From the NCBI GenBank assembly GCA_041742375.1, contig JBGSIU010000039.1, forward strand, positions 1-53,155: DNA of 53,155 nucleotides. Reading direction: 5' to 3'. The position numbers and the translations under genes were made by a program. This document shows positions 7,521-16,842 of this stretch, in pieces (the stretch's first letter is position 1; each line of letters begins with the position of its first letter). This stretch comes from Patescibacteria group bacterium (GTDB lineage Bacteria; Patescibacteriota; Microgenomatia; JBGSIU01). The notes below the pieces were generated by a model. That model was not told where the DNA came from, did no database searches, and worked only from the letters and a program-made list of their open reading frames with translations.

Positions 7521-8668
7521 GGGTCATCGATTTCCCAATTTGGCAACCTGTCAACCTTATTTATATCACGAACAAATTCGTTTCGTTTGGCTTTGTAAAA
7601 ACCGGCAAGCGCAATCATGGCCGCGTTGTCGCTGTTATATTTTTTTTCAGGGAAATAAGCCGGAATTCCAAATTTTTTAGCCGTTTGTCGAATCATTTTG
7701 CGAATCGCCAAATTGTTCATCACTCCCCCACCACATAAAATAAAATTGGCAGGCCCGCCTGCCAGCGCTTTGCCGCAGGCAATGCGGGCAGGGTAGTCCG
7801 TCAAGCATTTTTCCAGTTTGCGGCGAATTGAATCGATTAAAACAAATTGAAAAGAAGCGCAAAAGTCAGAAATAAATTGTTTGTCTTTAACACCAGAATA
7901 GTTTCGCAAAAAATACATCGCGGCGGTTTTTAAACCGGAGAAGCTAAAATTATAATCATGGCTTTTTAACATAGGAATTGGCAATTGATAAATCGGTTCC
8001 CCATCTTTGGCTAGTTGCTCCACAATTTCACCACCGGGATACCCAAGTTCCAGCATTTTGGCAACTTTATCAAACGCCTCCCCCGCCGCATCATCCAGCG
8101 TGTCCCCCAAGATCTCATACTTTCCAATTGCATTTACTTTCACAATCTGTGTATGCCCGCCAGAAATTAAAACCCCAACCCCTGGAAAATTTAAATTTTC
8201 AATATTTGCTATATCTTCCTTATTTTTGATTTTTGATTTTTGATTTTTGATTTTGCTTTCAGCTTTGATAAAAGCTGAAAGCAAATGTCCTTCCATGTGA
8301 TTAACTGCGATAAATTTCTTATTAAATTTCTCACAAATTTCTTTTGCCTTTCTAATTCCCACTTCAAGCGCAATCGCAAGCCCCGGCCCAACCGTTACGG
8401 CGACTGCGTCAATATCGTTTAATGTAATTTTTCCAAATTTTTGATTTTTGATTTTTGATTTTTGATTTTTTTTGATACGGTTGAATGCAATATTTATAAC
8501 ATTATCGATGTTTTGCTCGTGGTTAATTCTCGCTAAGCTTGGCACTACTCCTCCCCATTTTTTGTGAACTTCAATTTGAGAATAAACCACGCTGGAAAGA
8601 ATGTGGTCATCGCGACTCACCGCCGCTGATGTTTCATCACAAGAAGTATCAATTGCTAAGATTAGCAT
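7508..8668 (-). CDS. tsaD: tRNA t6A threonylcarbamoyltransferase TsaD with three repeat-derived insertions
   Basis: IDTSCDET, GPGL, NHMEGH, SGGHT, DDAAGEAFDK, FSFSGLKT, DNAAMIA. Confidence 0.96.
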   Translation of the reverse strand: MLILAIDTSCDETSAAVSRDDHILSSVVYSQIEVHKKWGGVVPSLARINHEQNIDNVINIAFNRIKKNQKSKIKNQKFGKITLNDIDAVAVTVGPGLAIALEVGIRKAKEICEKFNKKFIAVNHMEGHLLSAFIKAESKIKNQKSKIKNKEDIANIENLNFPGVGVLISGGHTQIVKVNAIGKYEILGDTLDDAAGEAFDKVAKMLELGYPGGEIVEQLAKDGEPIYQLPIPMLKSHDYNFSFSGLKTAAMYFLRNYSGVKDKQFISDFCASFQFVLIDSIRRKLEKCLTDYPARIACGKALAGGPANFILCGGGVMNNLAIRKMIRQTAKKFGIPAYFPEKKYNSDNAAMIALAGFYKAKRNEFVRDINKVDRLPNWEIDDPIKN

Positions 8669-9813
8669 AGTATTTTTCTTTTATTTTCTCCTATTGTTTC
8701 TATTTTCACCCAAATTACTTTCACGTCTTTTCTTTTTTCAATTTTTTTCAAAATCCCAAAAACCTTTTCTCCCCATTCAATTGCAATGACATTACCAGAA
8801 GAAATCATTTTTTCAAAACCAATATCAAGCAGCTCTTTTTCGCTTTCCATTCTCCATGTATCAATATGAAATAAAATACGACGAGTACTGTCATTCCCGC
8901 GAAAGCGGGAATCCAGACTTCTGGTTCTCTGGGTCCTCGCCTGCGCGGGGATGACAGATGGGGCGAGGTATTCACTGCATAAAATAAAGGTTGGCGATTT
9001 TATATTGTTTTTTATTCCCAACCCTCGTGCAATCCCCTTCACAAACTGCGTTTTCCCAGCTCCCAGATCACCCTGTAAAGCAATAATTAAACAATTTGGT
9101 TTTTTATTCGTAATTCGTAATTCGTAATTTTTAATTAGTAATTCGCCAATCTTGATAGTTTCCTCCACAGAATTTGAAACATATGTTTTTGTATTCAAAA
9201 TATCAAAGATAAATTCTCCTTGTCTCAAAATTTTTGGTTCATTTAATGTTGTGTCAACAATTGTTGAAGGCGCGCGGTGTGGCAAAACCCCAGCATCAAT
9301 AATTAAATCAATTAATTCTTTTTTTGCCAGCGAAATTCTATCTAGAATATCAGCCTGCACATCATATGGTGTCTTCCCATTAGAAACATTAGCAGAGGTC
9401 GATGTAATCGGTTTCCCAAACTTCTTAATGATTTTTAAAATTAAACCGTAGTCAGGATAGCGAATCCCAAGAGTCCCTGTGTCAGATTCCAAATTGGAAT
9501 CAACCTTGTGTTTTCCTTGTGCGACAATCGTGATTGGTCCTGGCAAAAAATTGTTAAATAAATTTTCAGCAGCGGGGCTCAGATCGGCATATTTCTTCAC
9601 CATCGTGATATCACTCACCGCGACCGATATCGGTTTTCCGCGCCGGTCACCTTTATATTTAATTAACTTCTCGACCGCTTTGGCGTTCGTTGCGTCAACC
9701 CCAATTCCATAGCAAGTTTCAGTTGGATAAATCACCACGCCACCATTTTTTAGCACTTTTATTGCTATGTTTATTATCTTTTTTTTCGAAATATCTACGC
9801 TTACTATTTCCAT
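8662..9813 (-). CDS. Fusion of TsaC/Sua5 threonylcarbamoyl-AMP synthase and TsaE ATPase
   Basis: N-half YPTETCYG, KGDR, PGPIT, TSTSANVS; C-half GDLGAGKT, KSPTF, HIDTWR, IEW. Confidence 0.92.
   Translation of the reverse strand: MEIVSVDISKKKIINIAIKVLKNGGVVIYPTETCYGIGVDATNAKAVEKLIKYKGDRRGKPISVAVSDITMVKKYADLSPAAENLFNNFLPGPITIVAQGKHKVDSNLESDTGTLGIRYPDYGLILKIIKKFGKPITSTSANVSNGKTPYDVQADILDRISLAKKELIDLIIDAGVLPHRAPSTIVDTTLNEPKILRQGEFIFDILNTKTYVSNSVEETIKIGELLIKNYELRITNKKPNCLIIALQGDLGAGKTQFVKGIARGLGIKNNIKSPTFILCSEYLAPSVIPAQARTQRTRSLDSRFRGNDSTRRILFHIDTWRMESEKELLDIGFEKMISSGNVIAIEWGEKVFGILKKIEKRKDVKVIWVKIETIGENKRKILC
8888..8957. repeat. RS3/REP-like bipartite palindrome inserted in frame in the TsaE domain
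   Basis: CTGTCATTCCCGCGAAAGCGGGAATCCAG facing CTGGGTCCTCGCCTGCGCGGGGATGACAG; first 29 nt identical to 41538-41566. Confidence 0.9.
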
Positions 9814-9844
9814 GCCTTTATTTTACTATTTTTTGTTTATTATT

Positions 9845-9885
9845 TGTTAGTATTGGATAGTATTTGATAGTATTAGTTAGTATTT
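9845..9885. repeat. Single arm of 10-mer array at glmS stop
   Basis: tgttagtatt ggatagtatt tgatagtatt agttagtatt. Confidence 0.85.
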
Positions 9886-11656
9886 ATTTCACCGTCACGC
9901 TTTTTGCGAGGTTGCGGGGCTTGTCCGGATCATTTCCAAGTTCCATCGTTAAATAATAAGCCAAAAGTTGTCCCACAACAATATTTGGAATAATCGTTGC
10001 TTCTTTGGCATCGTCAACTCGCAAATAATAATCAAAAACTTCATGGGGTTTGTGCGAGATGCCAATAACAAATCCTCCTCTTGCTTTCATTTCCATCGCT
10101 CCCGCCAAATTTGCACCATATGTTTCATCTTTCGGCAAAAATGCAATGCAGGGAGTTCTTTTTGTCACAAGAGCTAATGGTCCATGCTTGAGTTCTCCGG
10201 CCGCCATCCCTTCCGCGTGTATATATGAAAGTTCTTTAATTTTTATCGCGGTTTCTAAACTTGTCGGATATGAAAGGCCGCGGCCGATAACATAAATGTG
10301 TTCGCTTTTTTTAAGGATACTTGCCAATTTTTTAATGGAATTAATATTTTTTGGTGTAATAATTTTCTCAACAGATTTTACGGCTTGAAAAAGCACAAGT
10401 TGGCCATCCCTTATCCTCCCAATCATGGCATATGCCAAAAGTATCAGGTGGGCAAGCTGGCCGGTCACAGCTTTGGTCGATGCAACGGCTTTTTCAGGGC
10501 CAGCACCGATTAACATTTTGTAATCCGCCAGACGATACAAGGTTGATCCCAAAACATTCACTAGCGCAAAAATTTTCGCGCCTTTTTCTTTTGCCTTTTT
10601 CACAGATTCAATAATATCCATTGTTTCACCTGATTGAGAAATCGCAATGACAAAACTTTTGGAATTTAAAAAATCAAGATGATATCCAAATTCACTCCCG
10701 ATCGCAAAATTAATGTGGCGCTTGGCAATTTTTGAAAATAAATAACTGCCAGCCATTGCCACATACGAAGCGCTGCCGCAGCCTAAAAAATAACTGCCGC
10801 GCGATTTTTTGATTGTCTCGCTTAATTTTTCAGCGTCTTTGACTGAATTTTCCGCAATATTCGCAATCACCTTTGGTTGTTCCCATATCTCTTTTGTCAT
10901 ATAATCCGGAAACTTGCCTTTTTCGACTTGCTTTACGTCCCAAGTTAATTCTTGCGGAATAATTTTTATTTTTTTACCGCTTATGACATTTTTAATTTTC
11001 ACATCATCCCCTTCAATGATTGCCATTTGATCATCTTCCAGAAAAAACACTTGCCGGGTGTATGGAATTAAAGCGGCAACATCGCTTGCAACAAAATTTT
11101 CGTGGTTTCCAAAACCAATAATGAGGGGTGAACCATTTCTCGCAACGACAAATTTTTTTTCGTAAGCGCAAATTGCAATAATCGCATTAAGCCCTTTTAG
11201 ATCGTTAAATGCCATTCTCACTGACTTTGCAAAAGAGTTTTTCTTGCCGTATTCTTCAATTAAGTGCGAAATAATTTCCGTGTCTGTTTCCGAAATAAAT
11301 TTGTGTTTTTTTTGGAGAAGCTTTTTTTTAATTTCCTCATAGTTTTCAACAATTCCGTTTTGAACAACTGCGATTTTCTTGGTGCAATCCAAATGCGGGT
11401 GAGCATTAACGTCTATCACGCCTCCATGAGTAGCCCAGCGTGTGTGGCCAAAAGCAAGAGAACCTTTGGGCATTTCATCAACCTTTGCATCTTTAATTTT
11501 TCCGGCCTTTTTTTTGACAATGATTCTTTCTTGATTCTCCGCAAGAACTGCCACCCCCCAACTGTCATAACCGCGATATTCCAGAGACTTTAGGCCTTCT
11601 AAAACGATCTTTGCCGAATTAGACCTGTGGCCAACAATCCCAAAAATTCCACACAT
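9884..11656 (-). CDS. glmS: Glutamine-fructose-6-phosphate transaminase
   Basis: MCGIFG, EYRGYDS, GHTRWATHG, SQSGET, ELKHGP, PRNLAKSVTV. Confidence 0.98.
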   Translation of the reverse strand: MCGIFGIVGHRSNSAKIVLEGLKSLEYRGYDSWGVAVLAENQERIIVKKKAGKIKDAKVDEMPKGSLAFGHTRWATHGGVIDVNAHPHLDCTKKIAVVQNGIVENYEEIKKKLLQKKHKFISETDTEIISHLIEEYGKKNSFAKSVRMAFNDLKGLNAIIAICAYEKKFVVARNGSPLIIGFGNHENFVASDVAALIPYTRQVFFLEDDQMAIIEGDDVKIKNVISGKKIKIIPQELTWDVKQVEKGKFPDYMTKEIWEQPKVIANIAENSVKDAEKLSETIKKSRGSYFLGCGSASYVAMAGSYLFSKIAKRHINFAIGSEFGYHLDFLNSKSFVIAISQSGETMDIIESVKKAKEKGAKIFALVNVLGSTLYRLADYKMLIGAGPEKAVASTKAVTGQLAHLILLAYAMIGRIRDGQLVLFQAVKSVEKIITPKNINSIKKLASILKKSEHIYVIGRGLSYPTSLETAIKIKELSYIHAEGMAAGELKHGPLALVTKRTPCIAFLPKDETYGANLAGAMEMKARGGFVIGISHKPHEVFDYYLRVDDAKEATIIPNIVVGQLLAYYLTMELGNDPDKPRNLAKSVTVK

Positions 11657-11661
11657 AAATT

Positions 11662-12663
11662 TTATTTGTTAATTAAATCAATTAAAACTCTTGCAAGCTT
11701 ATCAGAGTCGTGCCTGATCAAACTTCTTTTTAATTTATCGGCTGGATTTCGATCTGCAATGTTATTATTTAAAAAATCATTTCTAATCACTCTAAAATAC
11801 GAGTTTCCCAAATTATCAATCACCGGTTTATCTTTTTCTTTTTCATAATAATTAATAATTTTTTTTGGAATCGACGCTTTGTTGACCAAAACATAATCTA
11901 GAGATCGGCTAAGATACTCCTCATATGCCTTTATATGATCGCTTGCTTTAAAACCGTAAGTTTGCCCCCATTTAGTCATTAAATTCATAATATAAATTTT
12001 TTTCGCTTTTGATTTCTGAATCTCGCCTGCCACTCCGCCAATTACAACATTTGCGAGAATTGATGTGTAAATATCACCTGGGGAAAAAATAATATAATCT
12101 GCAAGTTTTATTTCCGCAAGCGCTTTAGGATTAGATTTCACTTTTGGTTTAGTATATAGTTTTATAATTTGTAATTTTCCATCATGGTTCTTTGGTTCAT
12201 CGATCTCGTGTTCTCCTTTTTTAACGCTTCCATCTTCATATTCAGCTACAAGCTCACATTTTTCATAAGACACGGGGATTATTTTCCCCCTAATCCTTAA
12301 AATTTCCTGCGTTTTCTCAATAGCTGCCTGTTGAGATTTCATAATGTCAGATAGCGCCGCCATAAATAAATTACCAAAATGGTGGCCTTTTATTCCTTCG
12401 CCCTGAGTAAAGCGATAATTAAAAAGCTTGCGCAAGGCGGAATTTTTTGAAGTTTCCGGAGAAAGAGCCACGAGACATTGTTTAATATCGCTCGTTGGCA
12501 AAAGACCAAATTCGTCAATGAGCTTTTTATTCGATCCGCCAGAATCGGTCATGTCAACGATTACCGAAATGTCAATTTCTTTATAATATTTTTTAAGACC
12601 GGATAACACGACAAAATTTCCCGTGCCTCCCCCAATAATAACTATTTTCTTTTTATTATTCAT
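11662..12663 (-). CDS. yvcK: YvcK/GlmR (CofD-like) UDP-sugar-binding protein
   Basis: IGGGTG, DSGGS, GHHFGNL, PGDIYTS, RHD. Confidence 0.88.
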   Translation of the reverse strand: MNNKKKIVIIGGGTGNFVVLSGLKKYYKEIDISVIVDMTDSGGSNKKLIDEFGLLPTSDIKQCLVALSPETSKNSALRKLFNYRFTQGEGIKGHHFGNLFMAALSDIMKSQQAAIEKTQEILRIRGKIIPVSYEKCELVAEYEDGSVKKGEHEIDEPKNHDGKLQIIKLYTKPKVKSNPKALAEIKLADYIIFSPGDIYTSILANVVIGGVAGEIQKSKAKKIYIMNLMTKWGQTYGFKASDHIKAYEEYLSRSLDYVLVNKASIPKKIINYYEKEKDKPVIDNLGNSYFRVIRNDFLNNNIADRNPADKLKRSLIRHDSDKLARVLIDLINK

Positions 12664-12674
12664 AATTTTTAATT

Positions 12675-13304
12675 CTACATCAATAAGGGAAGTAGTCCAT
12701 TTAATGAATCAATCGACTCTTTTATTTTGTATTCATCTTTTTTAATTGCGTATGGCCCTCTATTTATATGAATTGCCCTTACTCCATTTTCCAACAATTT
12801 TTCAATATAATCCGGTTTATCATCAAGCACAATAATATTATTTTTAATATCTTGAATTTTGTCAAAAATTTCTTCCCGTTTATTTTTAAAGATAAAAATA
12901 TATTTATCATTAAAGTATTTTTTTATGTTCTCAACCTTTTTTAACTGGAAAATTGGCTGGCCATCAGATTGAATGCCCAAAATATATTTATTTTTTAGTG
13001 TATCTAACACCTCCTTCGTTTCCTTATATAAAGCCTTATCAACTGGATAATATTTCAAGAACATGTCAATCAGTTTTTTATTAAGATCTGCCTTATTAAA
13101 TCTTTCCGCAACCTCCTTTGCATAATAATAAATATCAAAAATGCCAAATTGCTTTGCGCTTTGCGCAATAATGTCCTCAACCATATAATCAATGTCATAA
13201 ACTGTTTTATTAACCAACATTGCTAAATAATTGCGCCCAAAATTCCTTAGAAAATCGCGGTCCGAAAGTGTATAATCAATATCAAATAAAATAATTTTGT
13301 TCAT
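12675..13304 (-). CDS. HAD-superfamily hydrolase
   Basis: LFDIDYTL motif I, SDG motif II, LDDK motif IV. Confidence 0.8.
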   Translation of the reverse strand: MNKIILFDIDYTLSDRDFLRNFGRNYLAMLVNKTVYDIDYMVEDIIAQSAKQFGIFDIYYYAKEVAERFNKADLNKKLIDMFLKYYPVDKALYKETKEVLDTLKNKYILGIQSDGQPIFQLKKVENIKKYFNDKYIFIFKNKREEIFDKIQDIKNNIIVLDDKPDYIEKLLENGVRAIHINRGPYAIKKDEYKIKESIDSLNGLLPLLM

Positions 13305-13736
13305 ATGGGAAAAGTCAATATTAAGAAGGCAAAAATTTCAGACATACAAGACATTTTAGCACTTAGCGCGCTTTTCGGGACACTAAAAATCAGTTTCGCC
13401 AAAGCACAAAAAACTTTTGAAAAATTTATTAGTTCTGGCTTTTTCACTCAGTTTATAGCCGAAAAAGAAGGGAAAATTGTGGGCATGATCGCCGTTATGT
13501 TTATGCCCGGATTTAGAGATGAGGAGAAATTAATTGGTTATCTACAGAGATTAGTCGTCTCATCTGACTATAGGCGGCAGGGAATCAGCACAGCTCTCGT
13601 TAAACATGCGGTGAAATTTTGTGAGAATAAATGCTATAAGGTTATTCTTCACTCCCAAAACGATGAGGCAATAAAAATATACGAGAAAATTGGTTTTAAA
13701 AAACACTCCACTCTTCTCCAGCTTGATTTTAATTAG
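13305..13736 (+). CDS. GNAT acetyltransferase, GNA1-like (putative glucosamine-phosphate N-acetyltransferase)
   Basis: LVVSSDYRRQGIS acetyl-CoA motif, CYKVIL, YEKIGF. Confidence 0.8.
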   Translation: MGKVNIKKAKISDIQDILALSALFGTLKISFAKAQKTFEKFISSGFFTQFIAEKEGKIVGMIAVMFMPGFRDEEKLIGYLQRLVVSSDYRRQGISTALVKHAVKFCENKCYKVILHSQNDEAIKIYEKIGFKKHSTLLQLDFN

Positions 13737-14475
13737 TTAGTATTCTTTTATTTGCTTCCTTCAACTCTTGTGGCGTATTTACTCCATGAAAATATTTATT
13801 TGGGATACAGAAGGCAAAAACTGGCAATCCTTGATCAACGGTGATTTTCAAAATATCTGTTATGTAAAATTCATCGCTCACTGGATTTTTCTGAATTTTG
13901 CTGATGTTTTTTTCTAAAAACTTGCGGTCAAAAATCCAGCAGCCCATATTTATTTCATGAATTTTCCTTTGTTCCTCGCTCGCGTTTTTTTCTTCAACAA
14001 TTTCGATTGCGTGATTTTTTTGGCGCGGTGAGCGGATAATTCGACCTAAACCTGTTGGATCATCAACTTGTGTTGTCATTAAAGAAACTTTATATCCCCG
14101 CTTGCTTTGAGCTTCTAAAAATTTTAATAAAATATTATCTGTATAAAATGCCGAATCGTCCCCTTGAACTAGTAAAATTTTTGTAAATTTTACAGGTAGA
14201 AAAGTAAGTGCGACTAAAACAGCGTGGCCGTTACCCAATTGTTCTTTTTGATTAACATAATTGACGCGATCGCCCAAAACTTGCATTACAGATTCTTTGG
14301 CAAAACCAACCACGCAGAATAAATTTCTAAATCCCTGATTTACTAAATTTTCATAACTTCTCAGGATAAGCGGTTTTCCCGCAATATCAGACACAACTTT
14401 ATTTTTATCCGTGCTTTTCATCCGCGTGCCACGTCCAGCTGCAAGAACTATTACTGCAATATCATCTAAAATCAT
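13729..14475 (-). CDS. GlmU-like GlcNAc-1-P uridyltransferase (N-terminal domain only)
   Basis: LAAGRGTRMKS, QKEQLGNGHA, GDD, GLGRIIR, IVEEK, EINMG, EFYITD, GVNT; no hexapeptide domain. Confidence 0.9.
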   Translation of the reverse strand: MILDDIAVIVLAAGRGTRMKSTDKNKVVSDIAGKPLILRSYENLVNQGFRNLFCVVGFAKESVMQVLGDRVNYVNQKEQLGNGHAVLVALTFLPVKFTKILLVQGDDSAFYTDNILLKFLEAQSKRGYKVSLMTTQVDDPTGLGRIIRSPRQKNHAIEIVEEKNASEEQRKIHEINMGCWIFDRKFLEKNISKIQKNPVSDEFYITDILKITVDQGLPVFAFCIPNKYFHGVNTPQELKEANKRILTN

Positions 14476-14506
14476 AATAATAAAGCATTACTATAAATTA
14501 CGTAAC

Positions 14507-15832
14507 TTAAATAATATTCCGTTTTATTCTGGCTCCCAAACTAGACAACCTTTCTTCTAATTTTTCGTAACCGCGCTCTAACTGGCCAATATTATATATC
14601 ACGCTTTTTTTCTTTTCGGGCACAGAAAGTGCGGCAATTAAAACTGCGGCGCCGGCGCGGATATTCATCATCTGAAGAACTGCTTCATGTAATTTCGTTG
14701 GCCCGGAAACTAAAGCCGCATGCCAAAATTCGGGCTGATTATCTTCCCAATTAAAATTGTAATATGTCTCAGGATCATCAACTTTCGGATTAAACAGTTT
14801 AATTTTCGCCCCCATTTTTATAAGTTCTGACACATAACGAAATTTATCTTCAAAAACCGTTTCATGGATCACTGATTTTCCAATCATTTGGGTTGCCAAA
14901 ACTGTCCATAACGGCTGCCAATCAGTCATAAAACCCGGATGAGGCGAAGTTGCAACATCAGTCGCTTGATAATTGCCGTGCCCAATAAAACGAATACCTC
15001 TATCTAATTTTTCCCATTTTGCACCAATATCATCAAGTTTTTTTAAAAACGCAGAAATATTTTGTTCCTCTGCATTTTCGATCACAATATCTCCACCTGT
15101 TATTAAGGCCGCCACCGCAAAAGTTATAACTTCATTTCTGTCCGGCATAACTTCATAGTCCACTCCTTTTAAACCGTTTACTCCTTGAATCTCAATTATT
15201 CTATTTTTTTGTCTTGTTATTTTCGCCCCCATTAAATTCAGCATTTTTATTAAATCATCAATTTCTGGTTCTTCTGCCGCATTTTTTAAAACAGTTTTTC
15301 CGTTGGCCAAAACTGCGGCCAAAATAAGTGATTCTGTCCCCGTATGAGTAATTTTTGGAAATTTATATTCCGCTCCTTTTAATTTTTTCGCCTCAGCAAC
15401 AAAATAGCCGTCTTTATATTCAATTTTTGCCCCTAATTTTTTTAATCCCTCGATGTGGCGGTCAATTGGTCTTGCTCCCAGCCGGCACCCTCCCGGATTA
15501 GGAACGACGGCGCGGCCAAATCGCGCCAACAGCGGGCCAATTACCATGGTTGATGTTCGGATAACTCCTCCCATTTCAAGAGGAATTTGAAAATTATTAA
15601 TATGTTTTCCTTCTGCTTCAAAACAGTGATTATCAAAATTGACCTGAGCCCCAAGAATTTCTACTGCCTTCGCCGTATTTTCTACCGAAGAGATATGGGG
15701 CACATTGCGGCAAACAATTTTTTCATCAGTCAGGAGTGATGCCAAAATCACCTTCATGGCCACGTTTTTAGCCCCGCTCACTCTCACTTTTCCCTTAAGC
15801 CGATTGCCGCCGTAGACGGTTAGACTATCCAA
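14507..15832 (-). CDS. murA: UDP-GlcNAc 1-carboxyvinyltransferase, TTG start
   Basis: SGAKN, GPLLARFG, PGGCRLGARPIDRH, NAAEEPE, PHPGFMTD, LERGYE. Confidence 0.96.
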   Translation of the reverse strand: MDSLTVYGGNRLKGKVRVSGAKNVAMKVILASLLTDEKIVCRNVPHISSVENTAKAVEILGAQVNFDNHCFEAEGKHINNFQIPLEMGGVIRTSTMVIGPLLARFGRAVVPNPGGCRLGARPIDRHIEGLKKLGAKIEYKDGYFVAEAKKLKGAEYKFPKITHTGTESLILAAVLANGKTVLKNAAEEPEIDDLIKMLNLMGAKITRQKNRIIEIQGVNGLKGVDYEVMPDRNEVITFAVAALITGGDIVIENAEEQNISAFLKKLDDIGAKWEKLDRGIRFIGHGNYQATDVATSPHPGFMTDWQPLWTVLATQMIGKSVIHETVFEDKFRYVSELIKMGAKIKLFNPKVDDPETYYNFNWEDNQPEFWHAALVSGPTKLHEAVLQMMNIRAGAAVLIAALSVPEKKKSVIYNIGQLERGYEKLEERLSSLGARIKRNII

Positions 15833-15837
15833 CCGAT

Positions 15838-15943
15838 AAAATCAAAATGCAAAAATAAAAGATTAAAAATACAAATCAAAATTAAAAAATATTCTTAATT
15901 TTTAATCTGTCATTTTGATTTTTGATATTTAATTTTTAATTTA
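15838..15943. repeat. Inverted 7-mer array between murB and murA
   Basis: (AAATCAA)-like arm facing (TTTTGAT)-like arm with short spacer. Confidence 0.85.
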
Positions 15944-16842
15944 AGCTATCACAATTTCTTCTTTTAGTTCTACATCGAATTTCTCTTTTACCTTTTGTTT
16001 GCAAAGGTTAATTAAATGAATGATGTCGCGTGCGGTTGCGCCACCTGTATTTACAATAAAATTTGCGTGTCTTTCGCTGATTTTTGCACCCCCAAATTTT
16101 ACGCCTTTAAGTCCTGCTTTGTCAATCAGTTTTCCCGCAGGCCCTTTTTCCGTGTTTTGAAACACGCATCCAGCCGTGTGCCCTCCGTAATCCTGTGTCT
16201 TTCGTCGGTAATCTCTAATCCATTTGCTACGATGATCTAGATCATCGTAGCACGCATGTTTAAGTTTAAAAACAACGGACAACAAAATATCTCCTGTGTT
16301 TTTTAATTCTGAATTGTCATAGGCAAAGCAAAAATAATCACGGTCAACATCCTCTTCTTTTTTGTTTTTATGTTAAATATTTTTGCGCCGATAACTTTTT
16401 CTCCCAGAAGCAACACTTCGCCTTTTTCATTTTTTGTGTGGGCATTAATAAAAACTGATCCACCAACCGTTCCCGGATGCCCGGCAAAATACTCAAGACC
16501 TCCATATCCTTTCTCAACACATTTGTTCACCAACAGATTCATGCTCACACCACTCTCCGCCTCTACCACGACTTCGTTTTTTTCTATTTGGAACTTTGAA
16601 TTTGAAGCTTGGAACTTAATTGCGTTTGTTTCATTCTTAATCACAACCCCATCAAATCCTTCGTCGCGAAAAAGCACATTCGCTCCGCCGCCAAGGATAA
16701 AATACTTTAAATCATGAGAAAAAGCATGATTTAGAGCTTCTATCATTTCTTCCCGAGTTTTTACCACAACAAAAAACTTGGCCTGCCCACCAATTTTAAA
16801 TGTTGTAAATTTTGCCAAAGAAATATTATTTTGAATTTTCAT
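15941..16842 (-). CDS. murB: UDP-N-acetylenolpyruvoylglucosamine reductase split by a -1 frameshift near 16357-16363
   Basis: N part TTFKIGG, LGGGANVL, GLEYFAGHPGTVGG; C part TAGCVFQN, AGKLID, SERHANFIVN, LKEE; -1 shift at A_AAA_AAG gives 300 aa. Confidence 0.9.
16225..16252. repeat. Perfect 28-bp palindrome inside murB
   Basis: TGCTACGATGATCT|AGATCATCGTAGCA; sister copy 30007-30034. Confidence 0.9.
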
